Below, in pieces: positions 36,001 through 48,545 of a DNA stretch of 58,129 bases (positions within the stretch are counted from its first letter, which is position 1; the number at the start of each line of letters is the position of its first letter). Position numbers and translations under genes: made by a program. The DNA comes from Rhizaria sp. SCN 62-66 (lineage: Eukaryota): the NCBI GenBank assembly GCA_001724265.1, contig MEDY01000167.1, forward strand, positions 1-58,129. The letters run 5' to 3'. The notes below the pieces were generated by a model. That model did not search any database. It saw nothing but the letters and a program-made list of their open reading frames with translations, and was not told where the DNA came from.

Positions 36001-39000
36001 CCGCCGGCGCCGCCGCTAGCAACGCCACAGGCGCTGGCGCGGGCGCGGGCGCGGGGTCGCCACAGAGCGCCGGCGACGGCTCCAGCGGCGGCGGCAGCGG
36101 CAACGGCATTGCAAATGCGTACGCGGCGTCCGAGTGGAGCTGCGTGGCCGAGCTGCTGCACCTGGGCATCATCAGCCCCGTCACGGCGTCCCTGCGCCAC
36201 GTCAGCACGGCCGTGGCCGTGGGCGGGGTCGATCCTGCCTTCGCTTTCGCCGCCGCGGCCACCGCCGCCAGCGCCAGCGCGGCCGCGAACAAGGCGCGGT
36301 CTCAGGGGGTGCTTACGCTCGCACAGCAGCAGTCGACGCACGGCAACGGCTTGGCCGGTGGCAGCGCTGGCCAGGGCCAGGAAGTTAAGCCGCCTGTCAC
36401 TCCTGGTAGCTCTTCTGTTCTTCCGGCTGTTGGCCACAAAGTTAAGCCGGCGCCGTTCCCCCTTACGCGCGAGGCCTTGCACTTGTACGCCAATATCCAG
36501 CTCTCCCCGACGACACCGCCGCCAGGTACGATGACAGCAACAACAGCAGCGACGCCGGCAGCCGCGCCAGCGACGACTGCACCGAGCGCCGCAAGTCATA
36601 GCGATTTGCTCTCCGCGTCTTCAAGCCACGACTTTTCGACTCTGTTCACTTTCTGGTCGCAAATGCCGCCCTCAGTGCTTGCCTCCGTCTCGGTCAGCCC
36701 CGTGCTGCTCTCAGTCACCAACAACAACACCACCAGCCACCACCACCGCTCTCCGGACTTCCCTAACTCTAACCACACCCGGACTCGGAGCCACGCCCCT
36801 TTCCCTTTCCCCAGCGCGAGTGCGAGCGCCGACCTGGCCACTACGACCGGCGCCGGCGCCGACACCTCCGGCGGCTCGCTGCTCACGGTCATGATTCGCG
36901 CCGGCGCGCCCGGCGCGGCCGTGGCGGCCGTGCTGCGTCTGGCGCCGTCACTGGCGGCCGTCACCGACGGAGTCGCCGTCGCGGGGCGCGGGGTCGACGG
37001 CGCCGGCGTGCGGGGCGTCGTGCTCGCCTGCAACAGGGGGCTGAGCACCGCCGTGGCCACCGACGGCGACGACGCGCTCGGCGACGGCGCTCTCGGCTTT
37101 GCTGGCCAGTCGCATGATTTGTCGCAACATCTCAGTCGCGCTTCCGCTCTCAGCGGTGCTTCCGCGGGAATCAAGGGCTCGTACACCGACGCCGAGCTGG
37201 CCGGTCTCGCGCTGCGGTCACTCGGAACGACGGTGCTGCCGCTCGAGTCGCAGCCGACGACCGTGAGCGAGGTGCTTGAGGCGCGGCAGCAGTTTATCTG
37301 GTGGCATCAACACACGAGCGTAAGCTCGAAAGGTTACTTTTTAAAATCCAGTGCAACTGATTTAGCGTTTCAGGGGCTGCTCAAGTCGCTTGACTCCACA
37401 CACTTCAATTATCTGCTCGCGAAGTCGCGCAATGACGGGCAGGACTGGATGTTCACGATGCACCGGCGGGACCTGAGCGCTGAGTTCTACTCTCTAAAGA
37501 AGTATCTCCTCAGGAACGGCACCACTCCTGGTGCAAAAGGAACGACTAAGCAGCTGCGCGGTGATTTGTTTACACCCAGGCCCCTGTCCGAAGCTGCAAT
37601 CGTGCTGCTGCACTCGTACGTCCGCGCTTTGTCGTACGGAGCTGTGACGACTGACATCTTCTCTCCCGTCACGGCATCGCGCCACATAGGGCCTGACACG
37701 GGTGCTGACAAGGGCGATTTGAGCGAACAACAAGTGTTCACGACGATCGACGGCGTTCCCATGGCTATGAACCTCAACCGCGCTCCGGACACGGACGCCG
37801 ACGCTGGGCAGCACGCCACACGCACACTCACGAGCATCGGCTCCGCTGCGTACCCACAGAGCTACTACTCGCACTTTAAATCATACTTGCTTCAAATGGA
37901 ACGTGGCGGGAACATGCCACAGTCTCTGCAGTTGCCCCCGCCTCCCCCATACTGGGTCGCGCGTGCGCAGCCGCTGCTGGCGCCTTTTTTCGACCCCGAC
38001 AACACTGCCCTGGGACTCTTGCTGTTGGCCCCCACGCTGCGCGCTATCGGCAGCGGCAACACCCACATCACCGCGGCTACGGCGGCGCCTAACTCCTCCG
38101 CCAAGAGTCTTCACGCCCAAGCTGCTGGCACGACGGATGGCGCCACAATGCGTCTCGGCTACGATGGTGCTCGCGGCGGGGCAGGCGCTTCAGGGCGAAG
38201 TCCGCTCATTTTGGCCATTTCAGTTTTACAAACACTGACCAACTCCAGCGTCAGCAACACGTTGAGCTCACCTCAGAAGCAGCAACAACGCAATGGTAGC
38301 ACCAGCAGCAGCGGCGGGAGCCTTTCTCCGTATCAGCAGAGGCAGCAACAACAGATCGAGGCTCAAGCGGCGGCTGCTGCTGTAGTAGACATCCTGATGG
38401 CTCCTGTGCCCCCGCGCACGATCACAGTCAAGCTGCCGCAGTCTCACGGCAAGACTATCACGGAGGCAGAGATTGTTTCCACTTCTAATCCCACCAACGC
38501 AACTGCTAGCCCGAGCCCTCTTGCCAGTGTCGCCAGCGCCGGCGCCGGTGCTCCTTCCCCTAACACAAACAACACAAGCTCCAGCTCGGCTGCGTTGCTT
38601 AATGACGCGCTGTTCTTAGAAGCAGCACAACTCAGCAGCCTCAGTCGCACCTCTACGATGACGTCGCTGCTGTCTGCGCTGCTGCCGCTGCCCGTGCCTG
38701 TGTGGCTGGGGCCTCTGAATCAAAGCCAGGCCGCGTTCGTCAAGTCCCTCGCACTCGTACTGTACAGGAAAACGCATTCGTTCAGCAAGAAGAGCACTGC
38801 AACCAATGCTCTTGCTGATGCTGCTGTTGCTGTTGATGCTAGCGACGCGGTGACTCAGCGTTTCATCAACAAGTCTGTGCGTGCGTTGGTGAACCGTCGC
38901 ATCGAGAGTATCAGCCTGCAGTCGCCGCCGCCGCTGCTGCTGGCGGCAGCGCGCGCCCCGAGTGTGGTGCCGCTGCTGGTGTCGGTTGGCGCCTGGCCGC

Positions 39001-40958
39001 TGTGCTTATACCTCCCCCAGTCAAATAGAGGTAGTAGTTCTGCGTACTTGAGCAACACGAGGAGCTTGTTGGAAGGAACGCGCATCACGCACTATAATCA
39101 CAACGTTTTCACGTCTGCAAACGGCATCACGGACATGAATGGCGTCCCTGCCAATGGCACGAATCAGCCGCAGGCGGCCTCCAGGAGCCGCCGGCATGGC
39201 CGCTGTGTCACCGTCGTCGCTAACGCGGACGATTTCACCGGCGACGGCGATGACTATGCCGGTGCACTCGTACAGACCGAGCCCCTTACACCGCTGATGG
39301 TACTCACACGATTGCGCAATGGTATCAGCACAACGCCTTTCTCGCCGCCTGCGAGCGTAGGCGCCGCAAACAGGAGCTCTCCTGACAACTCCCACAACGG
39401 CGGCGCGTTCACGGTCAGGTGCGGCGGTGAGCCGGCGGTCAATATCGCGTGCAAGGCGCTTGCAGTTGCGGAGGCAGCCACCTTCAGCGCCAAGTTCCGT
39501 GATACCAATGCCAAAGCTTCAGCAGATGCTGTTGATGTGGACGGCGACTCGGATGTTAATGCTGAGGCGAATAGTAGTGCCGTTTCCACGGTGCTTGCTG
39601 TCACATCTGGCGATAGCGCGACTTTACGCGCCTTGATCTCGACTCTGACTCCTTTCACACAGCAGCAGAAACAGCACTACAGCCACTACAACATTGACAG
39701 CTGCGCCCTTACCAGTAGCAGTGCCGCAACCAGCGCAGGCTCTGACAGGGTTGCCACCGTTGCGGCTGCGTTTGAGGCCGCCGTCAAAGCCCAGGCTCAG
39801 GCGAGCTGTGTGGCTAGGACTACAGCCGCCGCCGCCGGTGCCCACAGCGCCCAAGCAGCCGTCGCGTCCATTGCGTCGGTGGTTGCCTCGTCCGCCGTCT
39901 CCGCTGCCGCGGTGCTGCTGCTGCGGCCGCCGCTGCCGTACACACAGTCGCTGCTGCATCTGGCGGCCGCGGCAGACTCGGCGGAGGCTGTGGCGCTGCT
40001 GTTGGACCACAAGATTGGGCTTGCATCTGTCACAGTTAACAATGACAACAACGATCACAGCGGCGAAGATGATTCAACCGAGACTGACGCTGCGGCTGCT
40101 GCTGCGAAGGAAACTGCCGATGTTGCTGCGGCGTGGGGTATCCCCTTCGATAGCTCACGCGCTGTAGATACTCAGAGCGCTCCTGTCAGCAACAGTCACG
40201 ATGATGCGTGTACTCTGTGGGTGCTTGATTGCGACAGCCGTGGGATCACCCCCTTAGATGTTGCGCGCAATGTCAGGGCATCCTCTGCGGTACTAACACT
40301 GCTCGAACAGTATGAGTCAACGAATGTGTTTAATCAATACCGCCAGCACAAACGCAAGCTGCAACAACAGCTGCATCTGCAGCGGCAGCAGCTGCTGCAA
40401 CAACAGCAGAAGCGGCAGCAGCAGGCGGCGCACCAGCAACAGTCGCTCTCCGAGTTGGATGCGACGAGCAGTCGCGGGTCTGACCAAGGCGCTCATGCTG
40501 GCGCAGGTGCCGTTGGCGCGGTCTCAGGCGACGCCGACGCCGATGCCGTCAGCGACATCATCATGCTCGTCAGCGGCGCCGCTGCGCCCACCAATAGCGG
40601 CGACAGTAGCATGAGCAGCAGCAGCAACAACAACAACAGCAGTGCCTGCGCGAAGGGGGTGGAGACCGCGAGCAAGCTTCGGAGGCAGCGGCAGATGCTC
40701 CGTATGCAGGCCCGACAGCAGGGACCTGGGCAGGACGCTGCTCATGGGCAACGGCATAAGTACGAGAGGGCGCCGGCTGCCCGATGGCGTGCGCAGCCGC
40801 AGTCCCAGTCGCAGTCACTCTCTAAGCTCGAGTCACAGCAGCTGACGGACGAGAGCATGCGCGCATTGCTCTTTCCAGCGGTTTTTGAAGCACTGGTCTT
40901 TGATGATGATACTGCCAACAATAACAATAACTCACCGAAGGGCAACAATATTGGCTAA
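23194..40958 (+). CDS. Giant ankyrin-repeat protein, ~5,811 aa if TAG at 25141-25143 and 31810-31812 are read as sense; exons 23194-32717, 32898-35499, 35649-40958
   Basis: ORFs 23194, 25180 and 32038 share one frame, separated only by single TAGs. Two GTACGT..TAG introns link the later ORFs in phase. About 15 ankyrin-like repeats, e.g. GKAPLHVAV, GRSPLVWAV, GATPLDYAL, GWSPLHLASALGD, GITPLDVA. Ends TAA. Confidence 0.75.
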
Positions 40959-41507
40959 TTTGCGAGGTAGTCGCAGCAGTCACGTTACATGAAGTCTTAC
41001 AATGCTTTCTTTCAAAAGGCATTTCATATATTTAGATAAAAGCTATTTTATTTGACATAGTCTAAAACATGTTGTTGATCACACGAATACAACAACTTTT
41101 ATTTATTTATTCATCATGAATATGTCACATAGATTGACATCATTAACATGACACTCAAACCGTGAGACGCAAGTCGTTCTTATCACGGAAATTCTTGATT
41201 ATATATTGAGTTTTACAAGAGAAAACAAGCGTAGTATAAATTTTGAGTCTATTGATCTAACATATCCGAATGAATGTCATTAAGGAGATCTTAATCATGC
41301 TTTTATAACAGGAAATGACCAAATCCTATCAATTGTCGGTCAACGCTGCGCGACGGCTAGGGACCGCCTTCTCGAAGACCGTTCAACTTCGTTATCGGCC
41401 ATTCAGCTTCCGCCTCATAACTTCCGTCAATACGTATATTGCTGCACAAAAGAGTTTCTCACTTAATAATATACTTTTCTTTTTGTTTCTATTCACTCAG
41501 CTTGCCG

Positions 41508-42782
41508 ATGGACGAGATCCCCGGCGCCCCGAAAGAGGAGAACTTCTTCGATGATGGCGACGACCACATCTTGGGCCGCATCGAACCTGGCGAGTCCGCC
41601 GACGCCTACGGTCTCGTCGAAGTCTCCGACGAGGAGATCGACCGCAACCTTGCCAACTCGCACTACGAGCGCGAGCAGGTTGACCGCGGACCCAACATGG
41701 CGGATGATTACGACTGGCGCATGGTTGGCCGCGGCCAGGAGCCACAGGCGCCCAAGGGCCTGATGGCTAAGTCTCAGAACACTGGCCCCAAGGGCGTGAA
41801 GCGCGACTACGAGATTGCCAAGCGCAACACGGCGATTAACCGCACCTTCGACCAGATGCGCAAAGAGCGGTCGCTGAAACTAGCCTCACAGGGCATGCGG
41901 AACCTGCACTCCGCCGGCGACCCGGACTACGAGCCCGACCGCTTCGGCAACGCCGCGGCCGAGATCGCAGAGGCCTCGGCGCGCGCGCGGGACGACCGCC
42001 CTGCGGCGACGCCTGCGGACGAGCTGCGCCAGCGACGTATCGACGCTCTCCGCGCACAGCAAAAGCAACAACAGCAACAGCAGCAGAAGGAGAAGGCGAA
42101 GCAAGACAGCGATCGTGAGGGCCGGGACGAGGGGAGCGACTTGGACAGCGATGAGGAGCGCAACTTTCAGCGCTACAAGGCCGAGCGTTTGCGCCAGGTG
42201 CAATCGAGCCTGCCCACGTTCGGCAACTACGTGCGCGCACACGAGTTCGACGAACTGGCCGAAATGATCAAGAACCAGCACGAGCTCGTGCGTACCGTTG
42301 TGCATGTGTACGAGAACACCAGCAAGACGTGCATCTCGCTGCACCTGACGTTCGAGGCCATGGCGCAGCAGTACCAGCACGTGGCTTTTGTCCGCATCCG
42401 TTCCTCGGCCGCGATGCAAGGCGCCTACGACGCCAAGGGGCTGCCCACGCTGCTGCTGTACAAGGGATCCAAGATGACGGCGTCCCTCATCGCCGCCGCG
42501 ACAGTGTTGGGCGAACAGCCCTCGGACGCCGCCGTGGCCACGTTCCTCGAGAAGCAGGGTGTGCTCGCGATGCCGACGGGCGGCGTCGAGGCCATCACGC
42601 GCCGCAAGCGCGCGGAGTGGGACGAAAGCTACGAGTCGGGACCGAAAAACTCGATCCGCGCCGGCGGCACGCCCGCCGCGAACACGGGGGTCACGGGTAC
42701 CACGAGTTATACCACCCGCGTCGGAGTGGCGGCCGCGCTGGACTCGGACGACGACGACGTTTTCGGTGACGACTCTGATTGA
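41508..42782 (+). CDS. PDCL: Phosducin-like protein, PhLP1 subgroup
   Basis: NTGPKGVKRDY is the group-I phosducin motif. Thioredoxin-like C-domain VVHVYE...C...F VRI...LPTLLLYKG. Acidic tail. Ends TGA. Confidence 0.88.
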   Translation: MDEIPGAPKEENFFDDGDDHILGRIEPGESADAYGLVEVSDEEIDRNLANSHYEREQVDRGPNMADDYDWRMVGRGQEPQAPKGLMAKSQNTGPKGVKRDYEIAKRNTAINRTFDQMRKERSLKLASQGMRNLHSAGDPDYEPDRFGNAAAEIAEASARARDDRPAATPADELRQRRIDALRAQQKQQQQQQQKEKAKQDSDREGRDEGSDLDSDEERNFQRYKAERLRQVQSSLPTFGNYVRAHEFDELAEMIKNQHELVRTVVHVYENTSKTCISLHLTFEAMAQQYQHVAFVRIRSSAAMQGAYDAKGLPTLLLYKGSKMTASLIAAATVLGEQPSDAAVATFLEKQGVLAMPTGGVEAITRRKRAEWDESYESGPKNSIRAGGTPAANTGVTGTTSYTTRVGVAAALDSDDDDVFGDDSD

Positions 42783-43369
42783 ACAAGCAGACGAGTTGCC
42801 GCGACTTCAGAAAGCGATCGCCGCCCGTTTTGTGCTTTTACGTCGATATACGCACGGTTTGAGTTGAAGTAAGCTCCTGATGGCCTGCTGCGATGGATAC
42901 GATATCATCATTGTGAGCTTGGTTGATGCATTTTGATTCAAATAACTTAACACTACATTTCCGTAATCCAACAGGTGGCCATGATAAGAATACATTCTCA
43001 CATGCTTTACAACAATGTGGATACTTATCACATTTGTCACCGCGCCATAATTTGCACATGTACGTATAATTTCAAGTCAAAATAATTGAACTCATCCATC
43101 TTTGTGAAACAATCATTGTAGTCCCATCATTGGAGTCAGTCGTTTGGTCGTTTGAGCGACTTGAAGACGAACAGGTGGATTCGTTGCTAATCAATATCAG
43201 TGTCGTTAAATTATTCTCATGGTATTGTATTTATACAACGCATTCATATAGTATGTAACATTAATATCTTTGGCCCTAGCGTGTAACAACAGAGACCAGA
43301 TCGCAATTCTACACGTAATGACCATTTCACGGAAGCCTAACAATACTACATCATCTAACCCATCACTGA

Positions 43370-44465
43370 TCACTTCTTGCCACCCTTCTTCTTCTTCTTG
43401 GCGGCCTTCTCCAGCTCTTTGAACTGCGCCATCTGCTGTTGCATCGTGCCCTTGAGCTTCCCTTCCTTCTTGAGCTGCGCAATGCGCGCTGCGAGCGCCT
43501 CCTCCTTGGCCTTGCGGCCCTGGTAACTGCCCAGGAGGTCGTGGACGAAGAGCGAGTTCTCGTTCCGCAGCCGCTCGACCTTGACCTCCCGGTCACGCGC
43601 CTCGGCCACCAGCTCTAGCTCGCGGTCAACCCGCGCAGTCTCCTCGTCGCGTTGCTGGAAGAACAAGTTAAGCCGCTTGAGCTCGCGGCTTTCTTTCTCG
43701 TACACCTGCATGAGCTCGACAAGCCGCGTGTGTTTGTCCGTCATAGCGGCGTCGTACGCCTCGATCTTGGACGTGACGTCGGCCGAGCGCAGGTCCTTCT
43801 GGCGCTGCTTCTGGATCTCTGTGCGGAAATGATCGCCGCCCTCGCTCTCGAGCCTCTGCGCCAGCGCCAGGGACTCTGCGCGGAGGGAGAACTCGGCCGC
43901 GTCGTACTCCTCCTTGGCCGCCGAGGCAGAGTCCTTGAGGTTGTGCGCCAGTGACGCGCGCTCGGCGACGGCATGGCTGGTGATGTTCGCGATCTCACTG
44001 CGCAAATCGGCGATGGTGTTATCCTTGGTGGCCAGCGAGTGCGTATACACCGCGCGATTCTTCTCCAGCAAGTCCGACAGCGAGCTAAACCGCTGCCGCT
44101 CCTCGTCCTCCTGCAGTTGCAGTGCGGCGAGCTGTGCCTTGACCTGCTTCTCCTCGTCCGCCGTCTCGCCCAGCCGCGACCGCGCGAGGGTCCGCAGCCG
44201 CGCGAAGACGTGAGAGAACATGAGCGAGTGCGTCGCGCGCTGGTGCGCCAGGTCGCGCAGCCGCCGCACCAGCAGCGGGTTCTGTCGCAGCAGCCGCGCG
44301 ACTGTGCGCGTGCTGTCGCTAATGCACAGCTGCAGTTCAGAGAGCTGGTCCTCCAGGTTCGCCGTATTCTCGGCCAGGGCGTCGGGGTCCGCGCTCGTGC
44401 CGCCCAACGCGCTCGCGTCCGCCAGTGTGCCCGTCAGCGTGAACCCGGCGCCCGTGGCGTTGGCC

Positions 44466-44497
<32 letters not shown>

Positions 44498-45250
44498 CGC
44501 GGCAGAGGAGGCGTCCGCACCCGAGCCCGCGCCAGTGCCGCCACCGGCAGCGGCCGCGGCGGCGGCCGCGGCGGCGGAGACCTGGCCCAGACGGAGGACT
44601 TCAAGCAGGTTCTCGTACTGCTTCTCAACCTGTAGTGTCGGGTTGAGAAGAGAAACAGTCGTCCGCAAAAAGCAAGAATGGGGTTAGTGAGAGTGTGTAG
44701 CACAGAATGAGGTGTAGAGAGCTTATATAGAGGAGGTTTAGATTTAATTTTAGATTATAGATACAAAATACATTCACAAAAAAATTAGCAAAATACAATT
44801 AAACAGTTGTTTTGTGCCGATCTTTGTTTGAGTGAATGGGAGTCGTACCTGGAAGTGGACGCGGAGGGCGATGACGATGTCTGCGTCAAGAGCGTCAACA
44901 ATCTTGTCTTTCATAATATCCGGGGTAAGATAAGAGATCAACGCCAGCTTGGAGAATATGTCGTCGAGCACAGAGAGGATCCATTGCGCTTCCGGGGCTA
45001 GACGAGATGTGTCTTTGTCTACGTCCTCAGTCACACTAGCGGGAGGGGGAGCGGTGCCAGTCGCAGCCGTGGCGGCGGCCGCGGTGCGCTGTGCAGGGGC
45101 CGCACCCGCAAGCGAGGATGAGGCCTGTGTCGCGGCGGGGTTGCGGTCGCTGGCGCGAAACGTGCGTGCGAGGGCGGCCGCAGAGGCCGAGCTCACAGTG
45201 GCTGTCGCTGTCGCCGAGGACGACGGCAACGAGGCCATTGCTGAAGCCAT
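43370..45250 (-). CDS. DRC10: Dynein regulatory complex subunit 10 (IQCD-like); exons 45250-44849, 44629-43370
   Basis: EAQWILSVLDDIFSKLALISYL, STRTVARLLRQNP, long coiled coil with IEAYDAAMTDK, Lys-rich tail KKKKKGGKK. One GTACGA..CAG intron. Ends TGA. Confidence 0.78.
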
Positions 45251-46170
45251 TCGAACGGCTGTTGAGATAAAAACAGTGTAATGCAAATAGATGGCATATT
45301 ACGCAGTCGTGTGAGTACATATCATTTGTGTTTCAAGGTACAGGTCAGGCATGGCAGCGACTATTTGTTGCTTGGGAACAGGCTGACAACGGGAGAAACC
45401 GTTACCACAGTCCGGGGTACACAGCAGCGGACTAACGCATCTGAACAGTCATCGTAAAAGGAAAATAACACAATTATGCTAGAAATAATCCAAAAGTAGC
45501 AGTGAATTATGAAACGGACGATCAATAGTCGTGATTTAAGCCTTCCTCAAAGTGCCCTTCGTCAACCCCGACCGCAGCTAACGTACGCTCTCTTGTGAGA
45601 CGACACAAAACACTAACACAAAGGGTTTAAGAACCAAGACAGGTTCGATTCCAGACAGCTTTGTTCCATTAAATCTATCCAGTACTTTATATGATATAAT
45701 TTTTGTCATCATGTTTGTATTTGTGTACAACGTTCCATCTCTTATTGTCTGCCGCATCAGCTCATGGACAACGAACATCACTGTTGGCTGTCACAGCTCT
45801 TTGCTGCTCCGTCGATCGTATTTATCGCCCTTGTCGTCGCAAAAGTATACCGAAATAAAGGCATTGTGATACGCATTCATATAGCTTTCGCCTATATAAC
45901 GCATAAACCACCCTTACCCTCATTCATACATTTAACTTTAAGAGAGCTACAACAGGTGTTTAGATTACAAATACATACACACTTTCTTATCTCAATGCTG
46001 ATACAATACTGGTATAGCAGAGCTTCAAAACATCACCATCATCATCATCTTCAATTATCTTTGTCACCAACAAAACCGTCTTTCAAAACAAAGGCAATTC
46101 CAACTCATCCACCCATTCAACATCTTCCTTTCCCTTTCACGTTGGCTTACGCGGCGAGGAGCTTGTTCGC

Positions 46171-48296
46171 TTAGGGACTGAAATTGAGCACCATCGTCTG
46201 CGGCTTGTTGCTGGGGACGGCGCCGGAGTTGGTGCAGTACGCGGACCCGCAGCGCACGGAGAAGACAGGACGGTACAGCCCACTGCTCTCACCGAGCGGG
46301 GTGGAGTAGTACTGGCCCTTGGCTTCCCAGCGCTTGCCCTCGGCCAGCGAGCCGGGCAGGAAGCACATCTTGACATGGTCCTGCTGCTCGTTGTACCGCT
46401 CCGTGTCGTTGTGCGTGGGCGCCATCACGTTCAGCTTCTCGCCAACCTTGTTGAAGAAGTTGTCGAAGGGCGCCAGAGACGGGTTGCGCTGAGTGAGTTC
46501 CTTACCGACTCTAGAAGACATGTAGTCGGAGAGGCAGAAACCCTTGAGCTCGTCGCCGGACAGGTCGTCGAGCTCGGACAGCGTGCCACCGTTGCACTGC
46601 AGGAACTCCTTGGCCTTGATGAGGCAGGAGGACGCCTTGGTGCGCGGCAGAGGAGGCAGCTTGAGGCCGTTCATGGGCAGGTGGGTGAGCACGTACGGGC
46701 GGTGCACGTTGCTGCGGACGGGCAGAGCACCGGGGATCTTCTTGGGGGGAGCCAGCGAGCTGGCAGAGATGTAGGAGGAGATTTGGAGCAGAACGGCCTC
46801 CTCATCCTCGGCCTCGACCTCGAATTCGGCGTCGAGCTCGTACTCGGCGTCGGCATCAGTCTCGGCCTCAGCCTCAGCCTCGGCGTCAACCTCAGCCTCG
46901 GCCTCAGCGTCGAGCTCGACGAAGGAGGACTGTACAAGGTAGTAAACAGTAGCAATAAGCGAGATAGATAAAACGATGAAGTGAACATTTAGTGACGTGA
47001 AACTTCCAACATACGAAGATATATGCGTTGGAGTGTCAACGTACCTCCTCAGAGTCGGCCTCAGCCTCAAGCTCGCCCTCCTCCTCAGCCTCGGCATCAA
47101 CGTCGACCTCAGCGTCGGCATCAGCCTCAGCGTCGAGCTCAGCCTCAGCGTCGACCTCAGCCTCGGCGTCAGCCTCGGCATCGAGCTCGAAGAGAGCGGC
47201 AGCAGGGACGGGGACAGTGGCGGCCGCGGCGGGCGCGGAAGCGTTCATGCCCTCCGTGTAGTTGGAGTTGGACAGGTTGGCCTCCTCGGCGAAGAACGAC
47301 GCGTGACGCGCAAGACGGAAGCGCTGCAGCACGAGCTTGTGCTGCGCGGTGCGGAGACCGCGGTAGTAGAAGCCGCCTTCCTCCTTCTTGGGGAGGAGGT
47401 CGCACCACTCGCCGACGAAAGGGTCAACAGTGTGGCCGTCGGGCAGGTCCAGGTTGCAGCCCTATAGGAACAATCATAGAACGCAAAGAAAAAGGTACAG
47501 TGAGATAAACTTCATACACTTCGACATCGGGTCATTATCGGAATCTCATGGTGTAATTTAATGCCAGTGCAAGGATATCTTGGTGGTCAAGTGTCATATC
47601 TAGTGTAGTGGTAAGTCCGTAATACAACGTACCTGGGGCTCAACGTAGGTGGTGTTTTCGATAGACGCGGTGGCGTTGTTCGAAGGGTCCAGCAGCGGGT
47701 CCACGGGCTCGGGCACGGGGATGATCTGCCCGCTGGCCGTGACGTTGGGGTCCACCCACGTGCCGTTGACAAAGGTGGCGTTGATGTGGCGGCCGATGGT
47801 GCCGTTCACAGTCAGGATGCGGTTCTGGTTGGCCGCGATCGAGGCGTTCACGACCGTGTCGTTGGTGATCGGCGCAAGGGGGTTCCACGCGTCAACGACA
47901 GGGATCGCTGTTAGCGGGAGAGAGCGAGCGCAAGGGCAGGTGTAGGGAAAGAGAGAGAAGACAAGAAAGCAAGCAGCGTGGCAAGAGGGAAGAGATGGTA
48001 TGAGCGGACAGGAAAGGGGTTGTAGCGGGGGGAGGTAAAAGTGTGGAGGAGTGTGGGTATTTGCGATGAATAGATTGGATAAAGGACGTACCCTTAGCAC
48101 CTTCGACACTGGACGCGACAGCGCACTACGGGCGAGAAAGATGCGAGAGAAACGGGGCAAAGGGGGAAGTGAGCCAAGGGGTGGGGTCACAAATACGGGT
48201 CTGTGGACAGATAAGACAACGGCAAACGGGCAATTTTATGATACCACAGAAAACTAGACGTACCAGAGCCACAAGAACACAGAGAGCAAACTTCAT
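46171..48296 (-). CDS. Secreted ~505-aa glycoprotein with acidic (E/D)A-repeat spacer and Cys-containing C-terminal domain; exons 48296-48264, 48125-48092, 47907-47633, 47461-47045, 46929-46171
   Basis: Spliced signal peptide MKFALCVLVALCAVASSVEGA. Four GTACGT..AG introns, all in phase. Dense N-x-S/T sequons in exon 3. Ends TAA. Confidence 0.8.
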
Positions 48297-48545
48297 AGCA
48301 GCTTGATTCCTGTGACACACAAGGCAAAGAAGACCTCCCTTGTGCTCCTCTTCTCTTGACCGAGCCTCGGTTGGTCGGCAGTCGTCCATAATCAAAAAGT
48401 GACGCCAGCCGTCACTTTTTCGCGAACCGTTGCGCCACAAGAGAGAGTGAAGTGCAGGGTCATTTTCGAGGACATCTTTTGATTCCGACTGACCGTCATC
48501 GGTGTATCTTTGGCGTTTCAGAGCCACTTAACAGTCTAATCCCCC

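Noticed and set aside
41315-41507. Upstream ATG that could join PDCL in frame via a 67-nt GTATAT..CAG intron
   Set aside because: Atypical intron size and donor, and the extension has no phosducin similarity; more likely promoter or UTR.
46800-47190. Repetitive CTCAGC/CTCGGC array considered as CRISPR or satellite
   Set aside because: Coding dipeptide repeat in a eukaryotic exon; no repeat-spacer structure.
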